A stretch of DNA of 64,000 nt from Patescibacteria group bacterium (GTDB lineage: Bacteria; Patescibacteriota; Patescibacteriia; UBA9934; GWF2-40-263). Numbering within the stretch: the stretch's first letter is position 1; the number at the start of each line of letters is the position of its first letter. Below, in pieces: positions 17,401 to 26,100 of the stretch. Below the pieces are notes generated by a model. That model was not told the origin of the DNA, searched no databases, and saw nothing but the letters and a program-made list of their open reading frames with translations. Both the position numbers and the translations under genes were made by a program. Location of the stretch: NCBI GenBank assembly GCA_004297215.1, contig SCUM01000001.1, positions 742,716 through 806,715 of the forward strand, written 5' to 3'.

Positions 17401-19933
17401 CACGGACACGATCAATCTCGCGACGAACGGGACCGCCGCGGACGTCATCGCGGTCGGCAACAGCAACGCCTCCACCACGCTTGCGCTTACGGGCGGCAAC
17501 GACTGGAGCATCAGCACGGCCGGCCTCATCACTACCGCGGGCGACGTGGCGGTGAACGGCGGGGACATCACCTCCACTGGCGCGATCACCATCACCCCGG
17601 CCTCGGGATCCAACGTTGACGTGGGACTTGCGAGCACCGGTGACTTTAACGTGAATGTCAGTGGAAGCCCGGTGTTCGTCGTCTCCGAAACGGGAGTCGT
17701 CGTCGCAGACTCGAACATTTTCGTCGGCAATGCGAGTTCGTCCAACGACGATTTCCTCTATTTCGACGGCGGGACGACCGAGTCCATCCGTTGGGATGAA
17801 ACAGGGAGCGAATTCGAGGTTTCCGACGACTGGAATATCTTGGGCAACTGCCTTGAGACGGGCGTGGCCTGCGACCTGGCGGAGACGTTCTTCGCGGATG
17901 CCGGGGAGGCGCTTGAGGCGTACGACGTGGTGGTGAGCGATGCCTCTGGAACGAAGAAGGTGAAGAAGTCGTCGATGGCGTATGATTCCGGGCTCATGGG
18001 CGCGGTGTCGCTGCAGCCGGCGATCCTCATGGAAGGCAGCTACGTGGTGGTGGGCAACGACGATGCCGTGGTGGATCCGGAGCGTCCGGCCGTGGTGCTC
18101 TCCGGCGTGGTGCGCGTGAAGGTGAGCGAGGAGAACGGGGTGCCGGCCATCGGCGACATGCTCGCCACCTCAACGGTCGCGGGGCACGCCATGAAGGCCT
18201 CGCAGCCGGGCATGGCGCTTGGCCGCATGGTGGGCGGGTATACCGCGGTCAGTCCCGGCATTGCCACGGCGCTCGTGGACGTGAAGGTGGGCTGGCACTC
18301 CGGCGGCGTGATCGCCACCGACGGCACCATGGCCACGATCAATGACGATGTCGCGTTCACGGCCACTGGCACCGCCGATGGCATTACCCAAGGTTTCGAC
18401 TCCTTCGGCCTCTCCCTTCGCGGCTCGGGCTGGGACGGCGCTGCCGCCCAGGAGCGCGCCATGAAGCTCGTGACCGACGTGACGGACGCCTCCACCTACA
18501 AGCTGTCCATCCGCAACCAGTCCGACGCCGAGGTCGCCTACATCACCGACGACGGGGTGATGAGCGTGGCTTCCGACCTGGTGGTGGGAGGAAAGCTGTA
18601 CCCCTCGGCCCTGGGAGTCGCCCAGACGGACAAGTACGTCTATTACGGAGGCTCCGGCGACGACTACATGCGCACCAACGCCTCGGGCTGGGGGACCGGT
18701 AGCTACGACTTTGCGGAAATGTTCCCCTCAAGCCTGCCTCTCGAACCTGGTGAGGTGGTGGCGTTCGATACGGTTTCCGAACAGGTGAAACGCGCCTCGG
18801 GCGAGGACCGCGCGCGCCTCGCGGGCATCGTGTCCACCAAGCCCGGGTTCGTGGCCGGCAACGTGAAGGCGGGCGACCACCCGATCGCGCTCGCGGGCCG
18901 GGTGCCCACCAAGGTGTCCCTCGAGAACGGCGACATCGCCGTGGGCGACGCGCTTACCGTATCCGAAACGCAGCCAGGCTACGCCATGAAAGCCACCGAG
19001 GCCGGCATGATCATCGGCTACGCGCTTGAACCGTTTGATGGCAGTGGGTCGGTTGATGGCAGTGGGCAGTTGGCAGTTGGCAGTGGGGAAGCGATCATCG
19101 TGTTCGTTCATCTTGGCTACTGGACCGACGGAAGTCAGCCCATGGCCGGCACGGACAACGCGGCGTCCGGCTCGGGCACCGGGAGCCTGTCGGCGCTCAA
19201 CATGACCGGCAACATCTACATGCAGGGGAACCAGATCCTGAACGTCGGCGCGATTGCCGGATTGGGCGGCATCTGGAGCGTGGACGGGGAAGGGACGTTC
19301 CGCACGGAGGCGACCTACAAGACGGTCATCACCAGCTACCAGAACGAGCAGGTGGAAACGATCGCCGTCACGAGTCCGGACGTGCAGATTACGCTTCTCG
19401 GGACCGCGGAACTCGTGAACGGGGAAGCGACCGTCTCGTTCGAGTCCGTCAATCCGTCGTTCAACGACGTCACGTCCACCACGGCCCCGGTGCGCGTGCT
19501 CGTGACACCCAACGGCCCGGTGTCGCTCTATATCGTGAGCAAGGACCACAACGGGTTCACGGTCCGTCAGGTCGGCCCTTCGACAAGCTCAGGGTCTTCG
19601 ACGGATTCGAACGTGACGTTCGACTGGATGGTGAGCGCGTTCAGGAAGGATTATGAAGTGGTTGAGTCGTTGAGTGGTGGAGTGGTTGAGGAAACGGCTC
19701 CAGCCGAGGAGACGGCTCCTTCGACGGAACCGACTGTCGAAAACCCGGCCTCGACGGACACGACGGCCACGGAACCAGCTCCGTCAGAACCCGTCCCAGA
19801 ATCGCTTCCCTCTGAACCTGTCCCAGAGTCCGCTCCCTCGGAAGAACTTCCCCCTGCCGATCCAGCTCCAGCTCCTGAAGAGCCGGCTCCTCCTGCGGAG
19901 GAACCCCCGGCTCCCACGGAACCGGCGCCTTGA
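11489..19933 (+). CDS. Giant surface protein 1 (N-terminal signal anchor, conserved head domain, GIGT-type repeats, two copies of a conserved C-terminal module, Pro/Glu-rich tail)
   Basis: 2814 aa. TM anchor FAFTALGLVMAGAVSYML. Head IIPYQGRLLNANGVPD..FRLYDS..CLWSN..LSPRKQIGAAAYA. Many xVGIGTxxP repeats. C-terminal modules with DxAExF..STKPGF..ALAGRVPTKVSLENGDIAVGD..PGYAMKA..GYALEP. PE-rich end. Confidence 0.85.
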   Translation: MLKRFKDNPDHFFRRLFAFTALGLVMAGAVSYMLTDSYLSVFAVSPPNIIPYQGRLLNANGVPDASASRDFQFRLYDSLAAGTCLWSNDDSSCASDADLAVTLTDGLFSENLGDTGAGYAAIPDSVFADDASVFLEVEVEGEVLSPRKQIGAAAYAFNADTLDGMDSASFALVDDAFVQDGNSFGATAVIGTNDTEDFAIETDGTTRMTVLSSGEVGIGTATPLDTVSILGTSGSTGIGIDDSTAGGNTYLILNHISASDSSEEILMNGDGTIGLNITNQNSGTLGTDLTDIPSSANFYTNSGNAGGLILASQHATAPMIFATGGIATGDERMRIDSAGNVGIGTTTPGETLEVSGTSYVSGHAAIGADAAVDDGSLLYPGSIFSNTLNVSERSTDASVDYVEGTTNYLLYDPSADASGIWAIALDSEAATEATNAEDVGTLSAGYFNATHNGTGDITSWMSGIEAYAFTTATGGSSVESIAGYFSLSLSDPRSSGTENNYGVWSAVSRTGATGGTINTYGVYVDDTGVGNAGAGTSTAYGLYLEDFPTADAQYSIYSEGGQSYHAGNFGIGATTPDADLDIEAAEDTERVRLTDTSNADSVGLYVGDGTAGLDGTLSAQAGSLFLDEDGKLWVNMDGATNWDQVATTAGGALDLDGAYDNDSDKKMAVDNASGLEFESSTAGNVFVDLQSTGDFVIQSVGTAFATFNDSGNVLFENSLTVGSSSADVVLFNADVDSHFIPDDDDTYDLGADAQRWRDLYLGAATLHVGSLIGDEGTISYDTGANALVVNEGGADTDFRIEGDTEANLLFLDAGNGRVGIGTASPTARVHATQSTDGGGGYVFENSNAGASAFSEVSVVSDGATGSWRSFGTGNTNLGFDSISLADSVAIGANTDATRMFVATFGTAPLLIGTNLNTSGTPPGIFIDTSNNVGIFDETPSAKLDVGGTFAVQGNSTLGNASGDTVTSNAAAWTFANDTTVALSGGVNGLNFDSNTLSIDAANNRIGIGTSTPSHLVDISAGTSTGFWPLHIAATVTDGFAGLRADITSSDTIGNNQLAGQFVLAAGATGAGYYTALDVENLAAGTGSDLKLDTSSNASLGNTGLSSLAIATTTGLNVGSYMEAANGATSVGGVGKSITAKASGTNIGVLGVGRNTSVTSPIEIGGYFGLFNSTPTFDASSGLIASNGSTTNNIFLARDNNTTVFSIVDGGSVGIGDATPDALLDVAGSFQFDGDATFGDAATDNVVFTADVNSNILPNTDDTYTLGDADQRWADIFLGPASIHIGTSATNEGVISYAAGTSLDFGTDSTTNADIAFFTDDLYLDKSTGRVGVGTAAPGYLLDVNGAIRAGTPGTDGQMRVYSEQGATDYEVVFDPNAAMTQNVTYTLPANDGDSGQFLTSDGAGALSWTTSAGSGDITAVGSMTSGDAFADSSADDDWLGLGVAAGRIEFDDLATDEVNVLGARVGVGTSAPDALVDVEGSVNGEVATYATNTNAGTAAFAAVSLVNDQGNSFRSSVYMTSSTYVGSGEGANALVLQNGVTTGPIRFMQGTTSRMLIDGSGDLSWSGNATFGDTSGDAITVNAATWTFANDTAVALSGGENGLNFDSNTLSIDATNDRVGIGTASPAAMFHATRSAPAAGAEAWAENTSATGYAAMLIVNDAGSGSRSGLQFAGSGYADTIVGNNDLALTQATANDLHFATSNTRRVTLDASGNLGIGDATPDYLLDVAGTLGVDGSVTLGDAVTDNLTVGAAIQGTSALVFDGSTDDANETTFSITNPTADNTITFQNGTGTVAFLSDIPASGDITAVGSMTSGDAFADATADDDWLGLGAAAGRIEFDDQATDEVNILSSLVGIGTSTPSAMLSVGASSQFQVDSSGNITTSGTLAVNGGIITATGSLDINSLTTTALTLDSGTTGDVNLGTGANAKAVFVGNSTGATNLTFNVGTGGINFGDNANTKTIDIGGVTSSGTDTINLATNGTAADVIAVGNSNASTTLALTGGNDWSISTAGLITTAGDVAVNGGDITSTGAITITPASGSNVDVGLASTGDFNVNVSGSPVFVVSETGVVVADSNIFVGNASSSNDDFLYFDGGTTESIRWDETGSEFEVSDDWNILGNCLETGVACDLAETFFADAGEALEAYDVVVSDASGTKKVKKSSMAYDSGLMGAVSLQPAILMEGSYVVVGNDDAVVDPERPAVVLSGVVRVKVSEENGVPAIGDMLATSTVAGHAMKASQPGMALGRMVGGYTAVSPGIATALVDVKVGWHSGGVIATDGTMATINDDVAFTATGTADGITQGFDSFGLSLRGSGWDGAAAQERAMKLVTDVTDASTYKLSIRNQSDAEVAYITDDGVMSVASDLVVGGKLYPSALGVAQTDKYVYYGGSGDDYMRTNASGWGTGSYDFAEMFPSSLPLEPGEVVAFDTVSEQVKRASGEDRARLAGIVSTKPGFVAGNVKAGDHPIALAGRVPTKVSLENGDIAVGDALTVSETQPGYAMKATEAGMIIGYALEPFDGSGSVDGSGQLAVGSGEAIIVFVHLGYWTDGSQPMAGTDNAASGSGTGSLSALNMTGNIYMQGNQILNVGAIAGLGGIWSVDGEGTFRTEATYKTVITSYQNEQVETIAVTSPDVQITLLGTAELVNGEATVSFESVNPSFNDVTSTTAPVRVLVTPNGPVSLYIVSKDHNGFTVRQVGPSTSSGSSTDSNVTFDWMVSAFRKDYEVVESLSGGVVEETAPAEETAPSTEPTVENPASTDTTATEPAPSEPVPESLPSEPVPESAPSEELPPADPAPAPEEPAPPAEEPPAPTEPAP

Positions 19934-20038
19934 TCGGACCGTTCTTTCTCCCAAGTCAGATCGCAGAGGGCGACCTCGGTCGCCCGCATGCCGTGTCCAT
20001 GAAGGAACCCCACACCTTCACGGCCACACGCATGCGCT

Positions 20039-20092
20039 ACCCCCTCATGCCTGCCTGCCGGCAGGCAGGCTCCCCCCTTTGATAAGGGGGAG
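20039..20092. repeat. Composite palindromic repeat (inverted orientation) upstream of giant gene 2
   Basis: CCCCCTCATG + CCTGCCTGCCGGCAGGCAGG + CTCCCCCCTTTGATAAGGGGGAG, the reverse-complement arrangement of the copy at 55450-55508. Confidence 0.8.
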
Positions 20093-20106
20093 GTAGCGCA
20101 GCCGTT

Positions 20107-23100
20107 ATGGATCTCCTCGAACGCAAGGACCACCCGCTTTGCCGCCTGATGCAGGGGGTGGTTGCGGTCGCGTTGGTGATCACCGGAGGGATCGCCTCGA
20201 CCTGGGTGATGTTCGAGGCTCTCTCCGTCTTTGCCGTCTCTCCCCCGAATATCATCTCGTACCAGGGGAGGCTCCTCAACGCCAACGGCGTGCCGGACGC
20301 TTCCGCTTCCCGCGACTTCCAGTTCCGCTTGTACGACTCGCTGGCCGCCGGCACCTGCCTGTGGAGCAATGACGACAGCTCCTGCGCCTCCGACGCCGAT
20401 TTGGCCGTGACGCTCACCGACGGATTATTCTCCGAGAACCTGGGCGACACCGGGGCCGGGTACGCCGCCATCCCGGATTCCGTGTTCGCCGATGACGCGA
20501 GCGTGTTCCTCGAGGTGGAGGTGGAAGGGGAGGTGCTTTCGCCGCGCAAGCAGATTGGCGCCGCGGCGTACGCCATGAACGCGGATACGCTGGATGGGAT
20601 CAATTCCACGAGTTTCTTCGTCCAAAATGGCAACTCCCTCGGCGCCGCGGCCGTGCTCGGGACCAATGACGGCTTCGGACTTGAGCTGGAGACGGGCGGG
20701 ACGACGCGACTGACGTTAGGGACAAGCGGCGCGATTACCGTTCCCCTTGCCGGCTCTTTCGTATTCGATGACGATGCGACCGACGGGTTGGATGACGACA
20801 TGACCCTCGAAGTCGCCGCGTCGCTGGCGTACCCCGGATTCGACGTCACCGTCATGCATCCGTCCTTCGGATTGCTTGAACTCGTGGATCCCGTGAATAG
20901 CGCCCCGGGAATCGCGTTGCACGGCGACCTCCCAGCATACGCCATCAACGTGGATAACCCTGGAGGGGCGGGGACGGCCTTCTTTCCCATGTCGTTCTTT
21001 CGCGAGGGCGCTTCAAGTTCTCCCTTCTTCTCGATGCAGACCTATCCGGATGACGACGGTTGGGCCATCTACGGACCGAGCGTCGCTGATCCCGGGGTCA
21101 TTCAGATCCTCGAAGCCGGCACGGTGAACGCCGGTGCCTATGCCGCTCGTAGCGACGCTTCGGCGATTCCGATCCTGTGCGCGTCCACGCGGGTCGAGGA
21201 GACCGCCGCGAACCTGGTCCAGGAATCATGCTTCATGGCCGACGGTTCTCTCGACCTCGGGCTCGCGCTCGCGGGCACGGACACGACCGTGGCCCAAGGC
21301 GGCATCGAGCGGTCCAGCGGATCGGACGAGACCTTCGCCTTCGCGAACCAGGGCGCGGGAGTCCTTTCTCTGACCGCGGATGGCACGGTGGACGTCTCCG
21401 GCCACGCCGCCATCGGCGCGGACGCGCTGATTGATGACGGAGGCCTCCTCTATCCCGGCTCCACCTTCTCCAACACGCTCAACGTGTCCGAGCGGAGCAC
21501 GGACGCGAGCGTGGACTACGTCGAGGGCACCACCAACTACCTCCTGTACGACCCGTCGGCGGACGCCTCAGGCATCTGGGCGATCGCCCTCGATTCCGAG
21601 GCGGCCACCGAGGCGACGAACGCCGAGGACGTCGGCACCCTGTCGGCCGGGTATTTCAACGCGACCCACAACGGGACAGGCGACATCACGAGCTGGATGT
21701 CCGGCATCGAGGCGTACGTCTACACCACTGCGACCGGCGGGAGTTCGATCTCGAACATCGGCGGGTATTTCTCGGTCACCGCCCAGGACCCGCGCGCCAC
21801 AGGCACCGAAGACAACTACGGCGTGTGGTCGGCCGTGCACCGCACCGGCGCCACGGGCGGCACCATCAACACGTATGGCATGTACGTGGACAACGACGGC
21901 GTGGACGCGGCCGGGGCCGGTACCTCCACCCTCTACGGACTGTTCCTCGAGAGCATGACCGGCGCGGACACCAACTATTCCATCTACTCCGCGGGCGGCC
22001 AGAGCTACCATGCCGGCAACTTCGGGATCGGGGCGACCACTCCGGACGCCGACCTCGACATCGAGGCCGCGGAGGACACGGAGCGCGTGAGGCTCACCGA
22101 CTCGAGCAACGCCGACTCCGTGGGATTGTACGTGGGCGACGGCACCGCCGGGCTCGACGGCACCCTTTCGGCCCAGGCCGGCTCCCTCTTCCTCGACGAG
22201 GACGGGAAGCTGTGGGTGAACATGGACGGGGCGACCAACTGGGACCAGGTGGCCACCACGGCCGGCGGGGGGACGGACCTCGACGGGGTGTACGACAACG
22301 ATTCGGACAAGAAGATGGCCGTGGACAACGCCTCGGGCCTCGAGTTCGAGAGCACCACCGCGGGCAACGTGTTCGTGGACCTGCAAAGCTCGGGCGACTT
22401 CGTGATCCAGTCGGTTGGCACCGCCTTCGCCACCTTCAACGACTCCGGCAACGTCAGTTTCGAGAACTCGCTCACGGTCGGTTCGAGCTCCGCCGACGTG
22501 GTGCTGTTCAACGCCGACGTGGACAGCCATTTTCTCCCCGACGACGACGACACCTACGACCTGGGCGCCGACGCCCAGCGCTGGAGGGACCTCTACCTCG
22601 GGGCCGCGACCTTGCACGTCGGTTCTCTTATCGGCGACGAAGGGACGCTCTCGTATGACAGCACGCCAAACGACTTCAATTTCGCAAATGGCGGCGCCAC
22701 GCGGATGACCATCCAAAGCGACGGCGACGTGGGAATCGGGGATTCGATGACCTCGCCCACCGCCCAGCTGCACATCAAGCAGACCGCCGCCGAGGACGCC
22801 CTGCGCGTGGACGACGAGGCGGCCGGCACCACCTATTTCGTGGTGGACGACGGCGGCAACGTGGGCATCGGGGTCACCTCCGGCCCGTCCTCCACGCTGC
22901 ACGTGGTGGGCGATACGCGCATCGGCGCCACGGATTACGTCACCATGGCGCAGGACGGCGGCGGGTTCTACGTGGAGCAGATCGGGAGTTCCGACGCGCT
23001 GCGCCCGATTCGCCTGCAGTCGCGCAACGCGGCGACCCAGTACAGCCAGTTCTTCGTGGACCCGGTGAACGGGTTCCAGTTCCTCATCAACGCCACCGGC

Positions 23101-26100
23101 GCCAACAACAACGTGGGCATCGCGGATTCCACGCCGGACAACCTGCTCGACATCCTCTCCGGTTCCGACGCCGCCCTCGCGCTTACCTCGACGGGCACGG
23201 ACACGGACCCGCTCATCAAGTTCGAGCTTGCCGACGGCACGCCTACCTTCACCTTGGGCGTGGACGATTCGGATTCGGACAAGTTCAAGATCTCCACCAC
23301 GGCGCTTGGCACGAGCGACCGCCTGGTCATCGACTCGTCCGGCTTCGTGGGCATTGGCACCTCGACGCCGGACGCGGCGTTCGACGTGGAAGCGGCCGTG
23401 GACGCCAACGGGGCGAATGTCCTGTTCGAAGCCAACGACTCGGGGGTGTCCGGCAGCTACTTCCGCATCGCCGACGGCACCGAGGCGGACACGCATTTCG
23501 TCCCCTACATCATGACGAAGGGGATCGGCACCGGGGCGGCGGACCGCGCCGGGCTGATCATCGACGCGCAGCCGGGCGAGGACGGGAGCGACGACGTCGC
23601 GGTGATCGTCGACGCGCATCTTTCCGGCGCGGCGCTCACGAGCGCGCACCTGTTCGAGGTGCGAAACGACGCGACGCCGCTGCTGCGCGTCGCAGCCAAC
23701 GGCAACCTCGTCTCGTTCGGTTCCGTCGGCATCGGGACGGGAACGCCCGGGGCCAGCCTCGACGTGGATCCCGCCAACGTCGTGGGCGGCGGCACCTCCG
23801 AGCAACCCTCGATCCTCGGATCGAACCAGGTGATTGCGCTTGCCGACGGGACGACCCGGGCGAATCAGCGCCAGTTCAAGTTCCTCGCGCCGACCCTGAA
23901 CGGGGTCGCGGGCGGAGGCACCGAAACGGTCACGGACGCGGCCACCTTCTACGTCTCCGACGCCCCGTCGGGTTCGGACATCACCTTCACCAACGGCCCG
24001 TACGCCCTGTGGGTGGATGCCGGGACGGCGCGGTTCGACGGGGACGCCATCGTGGGCGGCAGCACGTCGATCACGGAGACCCTCGCGAACGCCGGATTCT
24101 CGATTGGCGGCGACGACCTGTTCGTGGCCGGCACCGCGGGCGTGGAAGGGAACGTGTACACGGACGGGTCGTTCATCGCGGGCGCCACCCTCACGCTCGC
24201 GGATTCCGGCATCACCGAGAGCGGCGCGTTCACCTTCACCTCCCAGCTCGCCGCCGGCGGCACCACCTCTTCCGCCTACAACCTGGTCACGAGCAACGAC
24301 CTCGGTTCCGCCGACGAAGTGCTCCAGATCGGTGACTCGACAGGCACCTTCGCGACCGTCCTTGGGAACGGCAACGTCGGGATTGGAGAAGTCGACCCGG
24401 CCACGATCCTACACGTTTCCGGCACCCAGGCTCGCGTCACCATCGAGGACACGGGAAAGGGGACGGGGCCGGCCGTGCTTGGGCACGATTCCGGCATGTT
24501 GTTTCTCGAGAACAACGGCATACGCGTCATCTCCATCAACGACTCCGGCGGTTCCACGGGATTCGGCGACCAGAGCCCGAACGCCATCGTGGAAGTCGAC
24601 CAGGCCGGCGGCAGCGTCGACCCATTCCTCATCTCGAGCAACAACGGCGTGGACGGCGACCTGTTCAACGTGCAGGACGGAGGCGCCGTGGGCGTGGGCG
24701 ACGTTTCTCCGGACGCCAGGTTCGACATTGACGACGGCGCCGCGACCGGGACGATCGTGGGGGTGCTCTCGAACGCCGGGACGCAGGCCGGATCCTTGAT
24801 CGGCCTTTCGCTCGACTTCGACTCGTCGCTCGCCGGCGCCGCCAACCTGGACTTCACCGGCGTGAGGCTCCTCACCCCCAATCTCACGCAATCCACCGCG
24901 GATACCACCGACTACCTCGGGTACGACCTGGCGGCTGGCGCCATCACCCAGGACACGCTTGCCGGGACGATCAATTGGACCGGCGCGCGCATCGCCATGC
25001 CCGTGCAGGTGCAGACCACCGGCATCGTGAACACGAGCGGGCTCACGGTCACGGACAACGGGTCGAGCAACAGCGGGGTGAAGCGCGGATTGTTCGTGGA
25101 TTTCAGCGGCATCCAAAGCGGCGGGACCCTGGTGGGCCTTGACGTGGACAGCATCACAACCGGCGGCGGCAACGGGCTTGGCGTGCGCATCGGGTCCGGG
25201 TTCGACACGGATCTCCAGTTTGTGAACGCCGCCGCCGTCATCCGCGTTCCCAACGCGGGCACGCTCGACTTCCAGGACGCCTCGGAGAACTCCCTCATGC
25301 TGCTTACGGACGCGGGAAGCACGAGCACCCTCGACGTGAACGGCTCCATCCGCGCCGGGACGCCTGGCACGGACGGCCAGTTCCGCCTCTACTCCGAGCA
25401 GGGAGCCACGGACTACGAGGTCGCGTTCAACCCGCATGCGGCCATGACGCAGGCCACCGCCTACACCCTTCCGGCGGACGACGGCGGATCCGGCCAATTG
25501 CTCACCACCGACGGGTCCGGCGCGCTCTCTTGGTCAACCGCCGCTTCGGGCGACATCACGGCCGTGGGCTCCATGACCTCCGGCGACGCCTTCGCGGACT
25601 CCACGGCCGACGACGACTGGCTCGGCCTTGGCGCCAGCGCCGGCCGCATCGAGTTCGATGACCAGGCCACGGACGAGGTGAACATCCTCGGCGCGAACGT
25701 CGGCATTGGCACCTCGACGCCTGGTTCAACCATCGACGCCACGTCCCCGGCGACCCTCACCACGGCCTATCAGCTCCTGGCCGATTCGGTGACGGACGGG
25801 ACGGGATTGGAACTGTCCCTCGACAGCCTGAACGAGGGTTACGGCCTGCTCGTAACGAGCACGGCAGATGCGGATTACGGGTCTGACCTGGCCGGATTCC
25901 AGCAGTTCGCCGTGTCCACGGGTACCGCGACCATGGACGGGAACGTGGAGAGGATCGTTCAGAACCTGGACTCCAGTACCACGGGGACCCTCACGGTGAG
26001 CGGCAACGCGATGCGGATCCAGCGCGCGGTGAACGCCAACAGCGGCACGACCCTGGACGCGACGGGCGCGGTCATGCGTATCAGCGACCAGACCGGCGCC

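Noticed and set aside
17850-19130. Peptidase S74 (endosialidase intramolecular chaperone) identity for the giant C-terminal module
   Set aside because: The characteristic SD(R/G)RLK autocleavage motif and following helix pattern are absent, so the resemblance is only positional.
21568-23805. Long antisense ORFs inside the giant genes (e.g. 21568..23805, 25726..27246, 39243..41387, 47064..48704, 49805..52063, 28470..30542, 7826..9091, all minus strand)
   Set aside because: They are Arg/Gly/Asp-rich translations typical of the non-coding strand in high-GC DNA. They are fully overlapped by strongly supported sense genes with domain structure and have no recognisable motifs.
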